In this document: positions 25,516 through 39,262 of the stretch, one piece after another
Layout of the letters: every line of letters begins with the position of its first letter
How positions within the stretch are numbered: position 1 is the first letter of the stretch
Translations under genes and position numbers: made by a program
Assembly: GCA_051294905.1 (NCBI GenBank)
Contig: CM119372.1
Location: 35,466,001 to 35,530,000 of the forward strand
Direction of reading: 5' to 3'
Length of the DNA: 64,000 nt
Origin: Botryllus schlosseri
Lineage: Eukaryota
Notes under the pieces: generated by a model
The model's input: only the letters and a program-made list of their open reading frames with translations
Told to the model about the DNA's origin: nothing
Database searches by the model: none

Positions 25516-27849
25516 ATTATTACCGAAACGACACATGCCGTTATTTCGTGGTGTACTGTTTTTAGACTTGCTGTTTACCACGTTTAAATGGCTTAACCGA
25601 AGCGACGCATTGCAATAATTATGTCATTATCCACCACACGTCCGGTCGTTCATGATCCACCATAAACAGGCAATTTCGTTACCGTGTGATATCCGCTATT
25701 GAATAATATTGCATTATGTAACAATAGAATGGGGGTTTATTCACCATCGACGTGGCATACTAATAGCGTATATCTGTACGGTCTGCGACGTATAGTGCGT
25801 CGGTATTTGAGAGCGTATGCAATATAAGATTGAAATTACGAAAAAGTCGTGGTGAGGAGTCACTCAGAAATATATATATAAATTGGAGTTATTGGCCTAC
25901 CCAATGCCATTGTTATGGTGCAACTGCACCAATGTGGAAAACTAATATTCTAATTGACGTGCAAAATTGCAAGATTATCATATACAATAAAGTTATGGGA
26001 AATTCGGTACTTGCCTCCTGAAAATGCTGGAACCCGGACATGATACAGTCGAAATCACATGCCATACAATAATCGTAACCTTCTTAGTACATTATTGAAC
26101 GCTTAGCCCTATTAATATTCAGTATCAAATCAATACCGAACTCTCATTTCATCAGTACAGAAGTACAGCATTAGTATAACAATCGCAATATCAATCATTG
26201 TCGAGTCGATTATGTTCTTCTTGAGGAGTATTAATTCGCTGTTCGGGTACGTGTGTCGTTTCAGTTTACTGCGCAGGAGCAAGGTGATGAGCAGATGAGA
26301 GTATTGATGAGATATAAACCGAAGTAGGATGATAAATAGGGTTTTTGAGTCAACACTTTGCATCGAGAAATCAAGCTTTTCTGCAAGAATGTAGCTTTGA
26401 GAGCTAAAATGCACACTATATTTGCCCGTTTCATTCAAATAGAGCCCTAAAGGAGTATTCGTCCCATTCATCGTCACACCGTTACAATGAGACTGCTCGT
26501 TGTAGACGAGCCGAGCCTATCACCTATATTTCAGGAACAATGTCATCATGCTGCGTTAATCGCGACATATTGTCTACTTTTCGGAACTTGAGTAATTTGA
26601 AGACCGTTTGTGCTCCCAATTTTACCTGATTCGGCTCCGACTAATCTACCTCTAGATTTGAGTGAGCTAAACGTTAGCGAGATTTTAGTTACCACTGCCA
26701 TAATAGATATCCTATCCCCGAGAAACATCAGAAAATATTCTAAGGCTGTAAAACGCTGATTTTTGTAAAATCCAAGCCGGCATTTCTCAGAATCGAGTAA
26801 TAGTGCGCATTGTGGATTTAGTACATATTTGAAAAACCTTTAGCCATATTCACAAATACTCCAGCATACGCAAAGACGTGTAATATCGTAATAGCAGAAG
26901 TTCTAACATGTATTTTGATGCGTTCGCAAACATAAATCTTATCTGGTTTAGTATGGTCGTCGAATGTGCTCAGCCTTCAAGACAAAATGTGAGCAGGTCA
27001 AACCAAATCAATATCAACTTATCCATGGGAACAGTCGGTCTCGAATGTCATCAATAATTTCCCGCCGGTCTCAGATATGCATCTTGTAATTTCGAATGTA
27101 AGTCCTCCGATTAACGGCCGAATACTGCTGTCTTTCCGACGTGATTTGCTACTTAAAACTAGTTACTGGACACTTTTCACAATATGCATTTTGTATTCCC
27201 GCTGATTAGAAATTGCTATTGTTACTTGATATTCAGAATAAATTAGCGACAATACTTTTAATTCTGATTAGGTGGCATTGCTGACCACTTTCAACACCTA
27301 TGTTCTAAACCGAATCCCAGCTAACAAAGATCCCAACCCCAGCTCTCACCTATTATGATTATTCTTATCAATTTTAAAAGTGAGACAATGGGGAGATAAT
27401 CCCTTTATCGTCAGCTATAAACGATGACTCGCGTGTTGTCCTGCGACGTCCAATGAAATGTAACTATTTGTGTTGATATATGACAGTGTTTCCCGAACAG
27501 ATGAAAACAGCCCCTGATCTATAGCAATAGATTATGAAACTGCGGATAGATGCCACACACGTTATTCCATGATTGGTCATCTGAATACGACCAGCAGTTT
27601 TTGGTCACTTTCTAAGTAGGTGGTGAGGCAATCTTCAATCTGGCGACTGGGAAGATTTTCAAAAAAAAACAGTCCCACACAAAAGCTACTGTCGCTCTGA
27701 ATCCGGAAATATAAATTACATGGTGATTAGGGCACGGCAGACCCCGAATTCACTGTTAAACTCGGAAATTGGAATTGTTTCGAACAATCGAAACGCTAAA
27801 CAGACATTGTGACTTCACTGAGAGTCTTGTCGAAGCGCCGCTCCGATTA

Positions 27850-29440
27850 CACTGGTCAACACAATTTTTGTTGATTTCGATCTGACAGTTGTTTTGACTA
27901 ACTTTTGGACGCTGAGTTCAAAAATGACTTGGTTCTTCTCTATCACGTCAAGTTTTTGGGTTAGGCACCTATCACATACGCTCATAACCCACATAAAAGT
28001 ACTACTTCTAGTATTTTGTATTTCTTTTATAAAACGTTTCCAAAACTACGAGCAGTCGAAAGTAGATCAATAGACTCCACATAAACATTTACACTGCTTT
28101 ATTTGGTTGATTTAACATGATATTGCGTCTGCAGGACTAATAAAGTTCGAGTTTCAGGGTCCAAATTTACGCTAAAAACTCATAATTCTATGGGTTGTCC
28201 CGACCAATAGTCAGCCAACATATCGAAGCTACAATCTACTCTGGCATCTTACCCTCATCATTTTCAGATATTAGGGGAGGGGTAGGCTACTTTCTCTTTG
28301 ACTCTCGCAGACTATGCCAAGGTTTACTGGTAAATTATTTAAATACTTTAGCTTTTTTGAATGTCAGCTGTCCGACATAAACATATGACAGTGGCACATT
28401 TCTATCAGGGTTAGCCTACATGTGCATACTTATTGTCGGACCATTAAGAAACACAGTATTTCAAAGCTGATACATATGATCCAGTCGCGCTTGTGATATT
28501 GCAAAATTCAATGTATCATACTTAATGTTTCTGTATCATTCAGGATGACTGAGTGTGCTATTGGTAATGCACCTAATATATTGCCATTTTGGTGAATACC
28601 ACACTATGGGATCATTTTTTAGTTACCAATAGACATTTGCCATTCTGCTGAGTTGTAGATCTGGATTTCCAACTCCTCCAGCAACCCATCGTAACAGTAT
28701 TATACCATTGCCAGTGTCACGGCAATACACAAAGCTATACCGAAAGCAGCCCCCACGATGAAAACGCCGTTTCTCGTGATCGAAAGTGAGATATCGTCTC
28801 TCTCTTGCCAAGTAATCTTTTCTCAATTCGCAAGGATGCTAAAAGTTCCGAATATTTCTCTTCCACATCCCAAAGCTTATGTTTTATCATTTAACCTGTG
28901 TTGATAGATTACTCTACGTTCAGAATCATCTTCGATTTCAAAATTTTCACCCTTATCCGTAAGATATTCATCTTGATCCCAATTATCGAGCATGGAGGAG
29001 GTTCAAGTTACACTGGGTAAGCTGAATATGGGCATTGGACCTATAGCTGATAGTAAATGTAATGCTTATTTTTCTTTCCGTATCCTGCAGTTTGCATCAA
29101 ATATGTGTCTAAAATGTCCTCGGATGATTGCATCTTCTAACCAAAAATGGATGGAAGCATCGGCCTAGATCGATACCAGTACCCTTTTTCCTAGTAATTC
29201 AATTGACCCCTTTGATATATAACTTATTCTACGATAAAAATGTGGATTTCTATATGGTATGAAAAATTATTATGGATTAATTCGTGAAAATTTGCATATT
29301 TTGGGCATATGTCGTAGAGCAAACAATTGACGTGATAGGAGAAAACCGAGCGCATTTTTGAAATCAGCACACCGAAATTAACCAGAATCAAATGTCAAAT
29401 CGAAATCAACAGAAATTTGTTTCAAAATTGTTGGCCAGTG
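27850..29440 (-). mobile_element. Chapaev3-like DNA transposon relic with decayed, internally deleted transposase
   Basis: Termini CACTGGTCAACA/TGTTGGCCAGTG with ~100-bp imperfect TIRs; 3-bp TSD tta/tta; minus-strand remnants ELLASLRIEKRLL, YNSAEW, NGNILGALPIAHS, DWIIC, MLADYW. Confidence 0.72.
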
Positions 29441-30676
29441 TTATGCGTCACAGCGTTTCTTAAGAAATGAGCATGCTGATCTATTTCGAGTCGAATATGT
29501 GCTTCCTGGAGGCTTCTGGCGTACCGTACGGCAGGGACGGGCAACATACGGCCCGCGACGGCATTTTGAGCGCCCGCAGTCTTAGCGAAAAGAGTTGTTA
29601 TACACACCCCAAAAGGTGGTACGCGAAAAAAGAACTTACGTAACCCTGCGGTTGTATATGACCAGAATTCACCCCATTCCTTGCGGTGTACAAGGGATAT
29701 TTCTCCCTACCCATTAGAATTGATAAGGGTGTAATTTCAATATAAACCCGACTTGAAATCCTGAATATCTTCCTCCAAATGGCACACTATTGCAAATAAA
29801 CAGTCTTGATTGCATACATTCGATATCCATTGAACCATAATAACATAAAATGGAAACATATTTCGTGAAATAACAAAGACAGAGATCCCAGCGACGAATT
29901 CACTGAAAACACTGCTCGAATAATATTGCCCATGTAATATTGGAAAGCCGTCTCCTCCAGGTTTCCGCAAAACACTCTTGTAAGGCGAAGGTTGAGTCAC
30001 TATCTTCAGCAAGAACTTGTGGCATCAGCCTGAAATCAAAATGCATATTCACAACCCAATTAACAGGCACATATGCTAACATGCATAAACTAGAAGATTG
30101 ATAACTTAACGAAAGACCACAAAAATAGAAGCCATTACGACGTATACATATTTTCACAAAGTACTTAGAAAAAATCAGATTCTTCACTTGCTAAGGCATT
30201 GCAGCACAGACTGTGGCCCGATAGGGTGAACTTACCGCTATATGAAACATATTCACACACGATCACTGTATGTGTGGGCAATTAGGCATCGACACTATGG
30301 AAAGTTATGCATAGTTTTCATGAAAACCACATGTAACAGGCAGACTTGGACAGCCAGAAAACGTTCCCTTTTTCCGAATTAGATTGGAATTTAATTACAA
30401 CTACAAGTTTTTTTCGAATTAGAGTAGAATTAAAATTATAGCTACACAGTTTACAATTAGATTAAAATTATAATTCTAGCTAACAGTTTTTTTTAAATTA
30501 CATTAGAATTGGAATTACTGAAATCGCGAAAAGTTGAATCAAACTCCGTTAATATCAAATCATAGTTCATCTTATGAGCATGAGAATAGCAAATGTCTAC
30601 TGTACAGTAGTGGTGTTCAAAAATGACTTTTTCTATCAAATTCTACTGGCTACTTGATATTATTGTTAGGTTACCT

Positions 30677-31481
30677 AAGGGGTCGCCAACTCAAAATGGG
30701 TCGCGCGCCACTTTTCAAATTTCGTAGCGGCCGCGGGCTGCATGAATTCAATATCGATATAAAGTAGGCAACCACGTTTTAAAACTCTTCTGTCAGTACA
30801 ACGCTGTGCTACCTCACATAGGCAATGGGCATAGTGATCACAAAAGAAGTAACATTTTATTAAAGGAATAAAAATAGAACAGAATATCACCGTCATCATT
30901 TTAATCTTATTTTGAATTCTGAGCTGTGCACGATACCTTGAAACGCTTTTTGGGGCTAGCGAGATACGTTACTAGATGAAAGACCATCTCCATAACGGAA
31001 AGCTTGATCTTGTGAAGAAGCCCCAAGCCAGTGGTTCTCAAACCTTTTTAGACATGTCCCGCTTTATAATACTGAAAATTGTCGTCCCCCCTTATTGTCG
31101 CATCACAAAATGCATCCATAAAGCTAGCAATCCGAACGGATAGTTTAATGGCATGAATGGTTATGAATGTTGATGAGAGAATTCTATAATAGGAATTCGG
31201 GACTGTACACAGAACAATAACTACAAGTATGAGCTCGAGGTAAATCGCGCGCAGCGCGAAAAAGTTTTCGGTTGATAGCAGCTCCGCACCCCCTTCAGAT
31301 GCTTTCACGCCCCCACAAGGGGACGCGCCCTCTTGGCAGTATTTCGGCCATTGCAGGTCAATTTCAGCATTTGCAAAATGTTTTCTTAGCTTTCTCCCGA
31401 AATCTCAAATCAAGTCGCGGGCCGCAAAATATGACCTCGGGGGCCGCATGCGGCCCGCGGGTCGCGTGTTGGTGACCCCTG
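30677..31481. mobile_element. Second copy (inverted) of the 8254-9261 composite MITE
   Basis: Ends AAGGGGTCGCCAAC/GTTGGTGACCCCTG; TSD ggttacct/gattacct; same inner MITE at the same junction (~31029). Confidence 0.85.
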
Positions 31482-33382
31482 GATTACCTAATTGAAGCCT
31501 GCACACCAAATTTGGTTCGATTCCAACCAGTAGCCGCATTGCTACAGGAGAAGAAAGATTTTTATTTATTATATAAAAATGAATAGAAAAAGATTTAAAA
31601 TTTTCTGTTCACCCCATTAAATTGTTAGGTTGTCTATAGAAACAATGCTCAACCGATTTGCCTCAATTTCAACCAGTGGAAGCGGAGTTATTGCCGTCGC
31701 AAAATTCTGGATTTTAATAGAATAGTATTTACGGTAACCGATTCTTCAATCATTTATTACTGAACAATGCAACATTGCCTAAGCCCACTCAAGAAGCCTT
31801 AAAGACACGGTCAACAATAAACACGCATTTCAGTGGATAATTCAACCCCAAAGAGAATCTGTCCTAAACGACCAACAGCTAGACACAGCAGAGAAGTTCT
31901 CAAGTGCCCATGCAGTGATCAGTACAGTGATTCGACTGAATTTTTAACAAGAATGCAGACTTGCCGCACGCTTGCCTGTTTAACCAGACTTCTGACCGAC
32001 ACAGACTTAAAACTTCAACAGTCAAGTTTTGGGGAAGTGGTTAGCGCGGATTGAATCCCAAACTTCATATTTGTCTGACAAAAGGTGTAATCGCTAACAA
32101 TTCATCCCAAATGCCAATACCTATGGGGTGTGTATTTTATTATATGTGTGTATAGGGGTGTATTTGGCTTATTCCCACCACTTGGTTAGGTGTAAATGAC
32201 AAATTTAGTACCCAAGCGGTGTGATGACTCACAACACACCGTACGTTAGGGTATGAATTGCAAAAACACACCATTTTCGTTTGCAGTGCGGGGAGAGTTT
32301 CCACCCTGAAAGTGAAATTCTATTCTGAAAGTATTGACAATTTTTTTTCGCGTCTCAGAATGAATCCAAGATTGCCAACCTGAGAAAAAAGGTCGTAAGG
32401 CTACTTGTTTTGTTCGGGTTGATATACATTTGCGAGGAAATATTTTCGATCATGGACAATACCAAGACAAGACTGTGTTCCAATACAACTGATGTTCACG
32501 TGCAGTGCTAACAAATAGTTTTTACATACGACATGGATCCAGAAAACTTGCTGAAAATTTTGATCGACCACAGATGTCTGATTGACTTCAACATCTATTG
32601 AAGTACATTGGGGTAATAATTTCATTAAATACTGTTTTTGGTATCTATGAAGTTTACATTGAATACGATATACTCCTTGTATATGTGAATAAATGCGCGA
32701 TTCATGTAACAATTATGAAACCCGGCCCGTCAAGTAGGCTACTTTATTTCCCCATGTAAGGGCCGCCGACCGGAGACGATGCCCACCAATGTCGTACGGG
32801 GATGAGAATCGTTTTAGGTTGCGAGTAGCAGACGTGATATAGATGAAGGCTTGATTGGGATTTGTAAGTTGGATGGGGTTTGGAAGTGTTTTCAGGAAGC
32901 AATACCGCGCGAATGTAACTTTGAGCGCTTAGATAAACGACTATTACCTGTTTCATGGGGATGATATGATAGTAGCTGACTACAGCAATATCGAGTTTGC
33001 GAGGTTTCAGAAAAAACCACGTCAGGGCAAATGTTATGCAGTCGGTAGCGTGTAGGCAATGACGTGTAGTTAACCTGACAAATCCGTGCATTGCTTATTT
33101 CTATTGATAGATCTTGATTTTCGAGTATCAAAGTGAAAATCCTAAACATGTTCATTTCTTAAAAAGGGTTGAGTAATAATTTCGTTTGCGATAGTAGCAT
33201 CTAGATTCTAGAATGTCCCGAAAATCTCCACAGGAACACTGTATAGTGCGAATTAATCACGGAGTCAGCACTTCACGAGTTGCAAAATTAGGTCAGAGCA
33301 CAATTATGATCGCAGCCTTTTCTATTCGGTGATGTCCTGTCTTGGCTGTTCATCGCGAATTATATTTGGTTTTACGCCGCAG

Positions 33383-33547
33383 ATGAATTACACTACAAAT
33401 CCATCTTCTTTTAATCCTACTGATGCTGTCACTGATGGTGCACCGTCTTGGAAAAGACACGCCCTGATAACCTACTTGCTGTTCGTTTCAGTTCCAGGAA
33501 TCGTTTTGAATGGAACAATCGTGTTCGCTCACATGAGGAAATACGAC
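33383..33547 (+). CDS. Divergent opsin-like GPCR copy B, first identified coding exon (N-terminus, TM1)
   Basis: cgcag|ATG...GAC|gtgggt, 165 bp; MNYTTNPSSF...HALITYLLFVSVPGIVLNGTIVFAHMRKYD; N-glycosylation sequon NYT and TM1 Asn. Confidence 0.85.
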
Positions 33548-34301
33548 GTGGGTATCATAATGTATTGTCGATTACTCGAGTAATCGTCAGTGCTCGGATT
33601 CGCCCGGTTCGAATCTACAGTACTCTATCACTAAATATTACGAGATGAGCGAACCGGTTCTATGCGATAAAACCGAGACACGAAAATATTGAATTCAACC
33701 TCTGGCAACCGTTACGCGACGGTACAGTTTGTGTTGACATGTTTTGATAAGGGAGGTGTTTTCGTTACCTTTAAAAATGAGCATTTTCACCCTTTTAAGG
33801 GGTCCAATAACCAGCGATATCCTGTGCATGGGACGTCAAAGAAGTACGGACTAGAATCGGACGGAAGTATTGTATTGCATCAATAAAATAACAGCAGCAT
33901 GCCAATAACAAATTGAACAAATTGATAACTCGATCTCAAGGGCGTTTAGAAGTAATATTCTTTCTTAACATGGTCATTCAGTCTCAAAGAGTAGATATTT
34001 TGTCTTTAGTTGAGGTAAAAATATGAGAATTAGAGAGTTACTCATTCGCAGGCATTTCGCCAAGGTACAACAAAATGCGAAAGAAATTCAGATCAACTGG
34101 CCCTTCAGATTCCGGTAGATCTCGTGATTAGGCCTACATTGTTGTTTGTACATGAAATGCAAATCACATTTGGAGATATACTCACACAATAGAAAATGAA
34201 CATTGGAACGTAACCGAACAATGTTCGAATATTCATATTTATATTCAGGTTAAGCATAAGCCTCACTTACGTGACGACGTTTTTTTACAATATATTTTCA
34301 G

Positions 34302-34470
34302 CCAACCAGTCGGAACAAAAAACCTATGACGTTGCTTATCATCAATCTCTGCATTGCCAACTTACTCAGTGCCATGGTGAGCGTCATCATGATTGTGCCC
34401 ATCAACACGGGAACTTTCGAGACGTCTGATCTCACCTGTCAAATTTTCGTCCTTATTCAAGGCGTCCTAG
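34302..34470 (+). CDS. Opsin-like GPCR copy B, exon 2 (ICL1-TM2-ECL1-start of TM3)
   Basis: ttttcag|...|gtaggt, 169 bp, phase 0/1; PTSRNKKPMTLLIINLCIANLLSAMVSVIMIVPINTGTFETSDLTCQIFVLIQGVL. Confidence 0.9.
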
Positions 34471-34507
34471 GTAGGTTGGCCGAATGCTGACTTTGTTTTC
34501 TGAATAC

Positions 34508-35710
34508 TTGAAGAGCTTCTTGGAGGTACAGAACTTCAATATACAATTGAACGATGTATTCATATTGAAATGAACCCGAATATTTTCGGCTGACACTCGT
34601 CGCAGGAACGCATAAACCAACATGTCCCCAGATTCATCAGAACACGTGCATCTCGCTCAGTGAAAAGCTCACCCTTAACTCATCCGCTTGAGATTGATGC
34701 AGATCGATCAAAGGCCATTAATTCTGCCATCGGCAAACATCTGTTGAATAATACGATGTGCGCGAATATTTATCGAGACGACCGATTTCGAATCGTTGGG
34801 CGAGGCCGTTCACAATTCCATTTGTGTGCCTTGGAGTCGACTTTCATCCAAATACACCCACCAAAACTCTGTCAACAAAAGGAGTTCGTGTACCACCTAA
34901 AATAGTACATTGAACGCTCTCTCATTCACGAAATTTCATGCTGGTGACGTCATATTTTGTGATACGATTGTTGAATGTTGATTAGGGCGGTTCAAAAATA
35001 ACCTTTTTTCCTTAATCTTGCGGGCTACGTGATTAAATCGTTAGGTTGCCTTAAAAAACGACGCACACCAAATTTGAATTCATTCCAACCAATATTCGCG
35101 GTTTACGTAGAGTTTGAAAATTTTGAATTTGCCCAGAAACGCAAAAAATTTTTTTTTTCAAATTTTTCTGCCAACCCCATGAAAATGTTGGGCTGTCTTC
35201 AAAAACTATGCAAAACAAATTTGACTCAATTCCAAGCCGTAGAAGTGGAGTTATATCAGTTTTTCCTTGATAATTCTGGGATTATCCTTGATCGGTGGAT
35301 AATCCAATAATTTTCATCGAAAAACTGGAATAACTCCGCTTCTACGGCTTGGAATTGAGTAAAATTTGTTTTGCATAGTCTTTGAAGACAGCCGAACAAT
35401 TTCATGGAGTTGGCAGAAAAATTTGAAAATTTTTTTTTTTGCGTTTCTGGGCAAATTCAAAATTTTCAAACTCTACGTAAACCGCGAATATTGGTTGGAA
35501 TGAATTCAAATTTGGTGTGCGTCGTTTTTTAAGGCAACCTAACGATTTAATCACGTAGCCCGCAAGATTAAGGAAAAAAGGTTATTTTTGAACCGCCCTA
35601 ATGTTGATATACAATGTTCTTTCCAATTCTCTACTAGTTGCTGACGATTACCCCTGACGAGTGTCAGCCAAAAATATTCGTGTTCATTTCAATATGAATA
35701 TACTGTTCAA
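34508..35710 (+). mobile_element. 5'-truncated Penelope-like element with inverted partial pLTR, in intron 2 of opsin B
   Basis: ERINQH...SAIGKHLLNNTMCANIY..FRIV..LESTFI..PKLCQQKEF resembles a GIY-YIG C-terminus; 34508-34601 is an inverted pLTR piece; flanking duplication ttttctgaatac/ttttctgaatgc. Confidence 0.78.
34983..35600. mobile_element. 618-bp near-perfect palindromic (foldback) MITE inserted in the Penelope-like element
   Basis: TAGGGCGGTTCAAAAATAACC...GGTTATTTTTGAACCGCCCTA, arms ~300 bp; perfect TSD atgttgat; empty site visible near 14055-14070. Confidence 0.93.
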
Positions 35711-37354
35711 TTTTCTGAATGCCCAATAATTCCCAGGTCGATAAGCATTCAATATTGGGAAATGATAACGTATTAAGCCAAAATCAATTTGAAGGCATTC
35801 ACTGTTACCAACATGCTTCTTGTATTTCTCTCTTACCAGAAATAGCTCTGATTTCTACGCAGAGAGCAACGAAGTACTATACATTTTCGAGATAAAACGT
35901 TCCTACGTAGATATGTCCATGTATGTACATTATATATTATGGAGTATGGCACTCATCGGCAATGGCCTTGTGCACCAATACTGGCCGCTCTGAGTCTCTA
36001 TTTTGGATTGATCCATTATAGCGGCCTGTCCGTTAGCAATAAGTATTCACTTGCTGTTAGACCATAGATAGGGATACTATGTCTAAGGGCACATTAGTCC
36101 GTTGTGCTATATTCTACAAATAGTACCGCAGTTAGTTTTGACTTGTTTACTTCTAAACGGGAAGGTCAGTAACAAAGTATACTGCCTACTTGAGTCGGTT
36201 TTTTATGCTTGCAATACTTAGGCTACATGGTTATGTTGTTGTAGTACTTCAACTTCTATACTCGAACTTTTTCTAGGAATTCTTACGTAATTTTTTTACA
36301 TTTCGAGTGTTACGAAGTAGACATCAGTTTCGGATGGGTTAGCACCCCCGAAATAGCTAAAACTTGTCAATATAGAACCGTTTGAAATTGACACTGTAGC
36401 GCCGTAACTGACTGAATATCTTCTCTAACACTGTACCTAATTAGAACAAATAAAGTAATCAGTTATCTGTGGTAGTCACGAGAATACATGTTTAATTTTA
36501 AACCAACTTATGACTACCTATCGAAGTAGCCTTCAAACATTTGATTGTCTGCTTACATGTGACGTAGTTTTGAAATGTCTTGGAAATGGACACTGCTAGT
36601 TACAAATCAGTTGTTTTCGACAACGCTGGTTTTATTTTAGTTTTCAGTTGGATTTCTTCTCTTGCTCTCATCGTGATAGGAAATTCCAATTCAACGTATT
36701 TGGACAGGGCATGTTAAGAATAGAATAAAAGTCTGCTATTCCGCGAAACTTTTCACAATGTAGAACTAAGATTCGGAACTGAGGCTTAAAAAACCGCATA
36801 CACCCCAAATGTAGCTTACTTGCATTTCTCACTCATGCAATTATCTCGAAGCGAAGATACGCCAGTCTATTCTGATGAAATTTAGGATGAGAGCAATTTT
36901 TGATAGAATGAACAGGCCGAAAATTGAAATGAAAATCGTTAGGCTGATGGAAACCTCACGCAGCTACGGCTTACTGCATCCTCTACAATTTTCCCTCGTT
37001 TTTACGAGCTTTCTGGGGCTCAAAGCGAACGGACAGTGGAACAATAAATTGATTTGGAGGATTTTTCATGTTACTGTTGCTATTTGTTGGAGCACGCTTT
37101 CATGTTTAGAATCTCTCTTACGAACAATTGAGTATTCTAATGTGGCTCGATATGGACTCGGAAGCTTTTTTGTTCACACAACACAAAAGTTTGCGAACCA
37201 CTGATGTCGAACTTTTTAAGGTTAATTCGTGAAAAATATTGAGATGCCGAAAACGAAAGTGTACACGATTCCTACATGGCATGCCCTGATTGTTTAATAT
37301 TCGAAATGATTCGAATTACTGAATCATTTTGCCCACCCATATCGTATATTCCAG

Positions 37355-37456
37355 GTGGGACTTGCTTATTCTCGATGGTTACATTGTCTGTCGCACACTA
37401 CATCATTATATGCAGGAATATGCAGATTGAATTTTCACAAATGAGTGCTTTTGCAG
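37355..37456 (+). CDS. Opsin-like GPCR copy B, exon 3
   Basis: ttccag|...|gtatgc, 102 bp; GTCLFSMVTLSVAHYIIICRNMQIEFSQMSAFA. Confidence 0.9.
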
Positions 37457-37780
37457 GTATGCATTCACAGCATGGTAAATTTGTGGTTCTTATTCGAAGA
37501 AAATGTAGGGTCCATAAAAGTGTATGTCAAATATATTTTGTGTCAGCTTCCCAGCATCCAAGCTTCATGCAGGTTTAGCAATATCTGAATCGCTATTGCC
37601 TTCCTCAAACTCGTTCTTAGTGGGGACAATCTGAAATAGAGCAGAATTCATTTCGTAAAACAACAATCAGTAGGATATGTTTCAACAGTTTTGTAACATA
37701 TTTTTTCGCACTTCGTATCACTGCAGTTCTTGAAGCAAATACTGCAATCCATACGTCCAGACAAAGGATATCACACTAGG

Positions 37781-38059
37781 GTTTGTTTATTTGTGCATGT
37801 TATTTATGGTGTTTGTCGACTACTATGGCCATTTACACCAGGCCGATATTATTCATTATTTTCCGAAACTGCCAACTTATAGCACGGCCCACCTCTAGGC
37901 TTTTTGTAAGACACCGCTGATGTGGATGTGGTGTCGAGGAGGAGCCTAGGTAAACCTCCGACACTGAGGCATCGGAATTCTGAAGTCGATCTCGGTCGGA
38001 CTCGAACCCGCACCCATTGGTGTTGCAGCCGCGAATTATACCACTGCGCTATCCCGCCA
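37781..38059 (-). mobile_element. tRNA-derived SINE
   Basis: Minus strand has A box TAGCGCAGTGG and B box GGTTCGAGTCC, a body shared with ~22460-22640, ~40885-41000, ~51660-51810, ~58415-58530, and an AAAC-rich tail; other heads at ~50880-50960 and ~61040-61110. Confidence 0.8.
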
Positions 38060-38067
38060 CATTATAC

Positions 38068-38477
38068 TAGAGATACCATACGTCCTCTTTTAAGAGGATT
38101 TGTCCTCTTTTGTGACTTTTTTTAAGTGTCTCGGAAGACCAAATGTCCTCTTTTTGAAATTTTGTCCTGTTTTTTGAGAATTTTTGTCAAATTGACGCCC
38201 AAATTCGACTGAGATGCCGTAAATCAGCACCGAAGTAACGCCCCGGCGGGTATTTCGGGCGCTGAGCCGGGAAGTCGACCTTATTTAGTCTACCACCTGA
38301 TAATGTGAAGGAGAAACTGTATTTCGGGCACTTAGCGAGAAAGTTGATCTTTGTTTAGTAAACCGAACACGAAGTGAGAACAATTTACCAATTTTTCAGG
38401 ATTTTTCTCCGGTTTTGCAAGTCTGAAAATTCTGAAAAAGTATCCTATTTTCCGATTTCCAAAATATGGTAACCCTA
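38068..38477. mobile_element. hAT-like MITE, TAGGGTTACCATA family
   Basis: Ends TAGAGATACCATA/TATGGTAACCCTA; TSD cattatac/tattatac; GTCCTC motifs; partial copies near 18240-18542 and 48400-48767. Confidence 0.82.
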
Positions 38478-39262
38478 TATTATACGAGGAAAAAGATGAA
38501 AATTTTGCATAGTTAGCAGGAATAAGTTCAACCTGTCTAGAAATTGTGATACATCGGTATATGGCAATATAGTGCAGTGTTAGACCGTTTATATCTGTTG
38601 AGCTGCTTTAGTGTAGGAGAGTGAGGCTTTCAGGTGTGGAATTATTGGGCAACGAAAATATTTCGGCGACCGATTACGCTCCGGTGCACACCACGGCCTG
38701 AGAGGATTCCGTTAACATGCAACTGCGCAGAGACCGGTGTCCAAAATCCGGCGCCTACAAAACCAAATAATGCCGACGCATGTTGATCGAAACATTCACT
38801 TCCGGTCTCTTAAAACTACTTAGCGGTCACCCAAACCAAACTTTAAAAAAACTGGAGCTCCTTAATCACTTCCTGCATGATAACATATGGATTCATGTTT
38901 AATTCTCCGAGCTGACTCCTACCGCCCATCAACTTATTGATGATCACTCGTTGTGGTTGGTACCTATACACGAGTTGTGAGGTGACCTCAAAATTGATCC
39001 AACAAGTACGGTCGAATTACGTCCTATTTATTGAAAAAAGAGGACAAACCCTCCTAAAAAAGGACGTACGATAACCCTCATTAAAGCCTCTCATGAGTTG
39101 TGTTGATCACAATTAAGAGATACGACTGCCGTTTTATTACGGCGAAGGGATGATGAAGTGTTGCGTTTGCGTTACTCAATCATGTAGATAGCCTTTTGCT
39201 ATGGCCTTTACAGACAAAACTAGTGCCATGAATAAGAGTAATCGTGACAAGATTATTTCCAG

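Noticed and set aside
37985..38059. tRNA gene (also ~50880-50960 and ~61040-61110)
   Set aside because: A and B boxes are present but no convincing cloverleaf forms, and at 37985-38059 it runs into a repeated body and tail, so it is a SINE head
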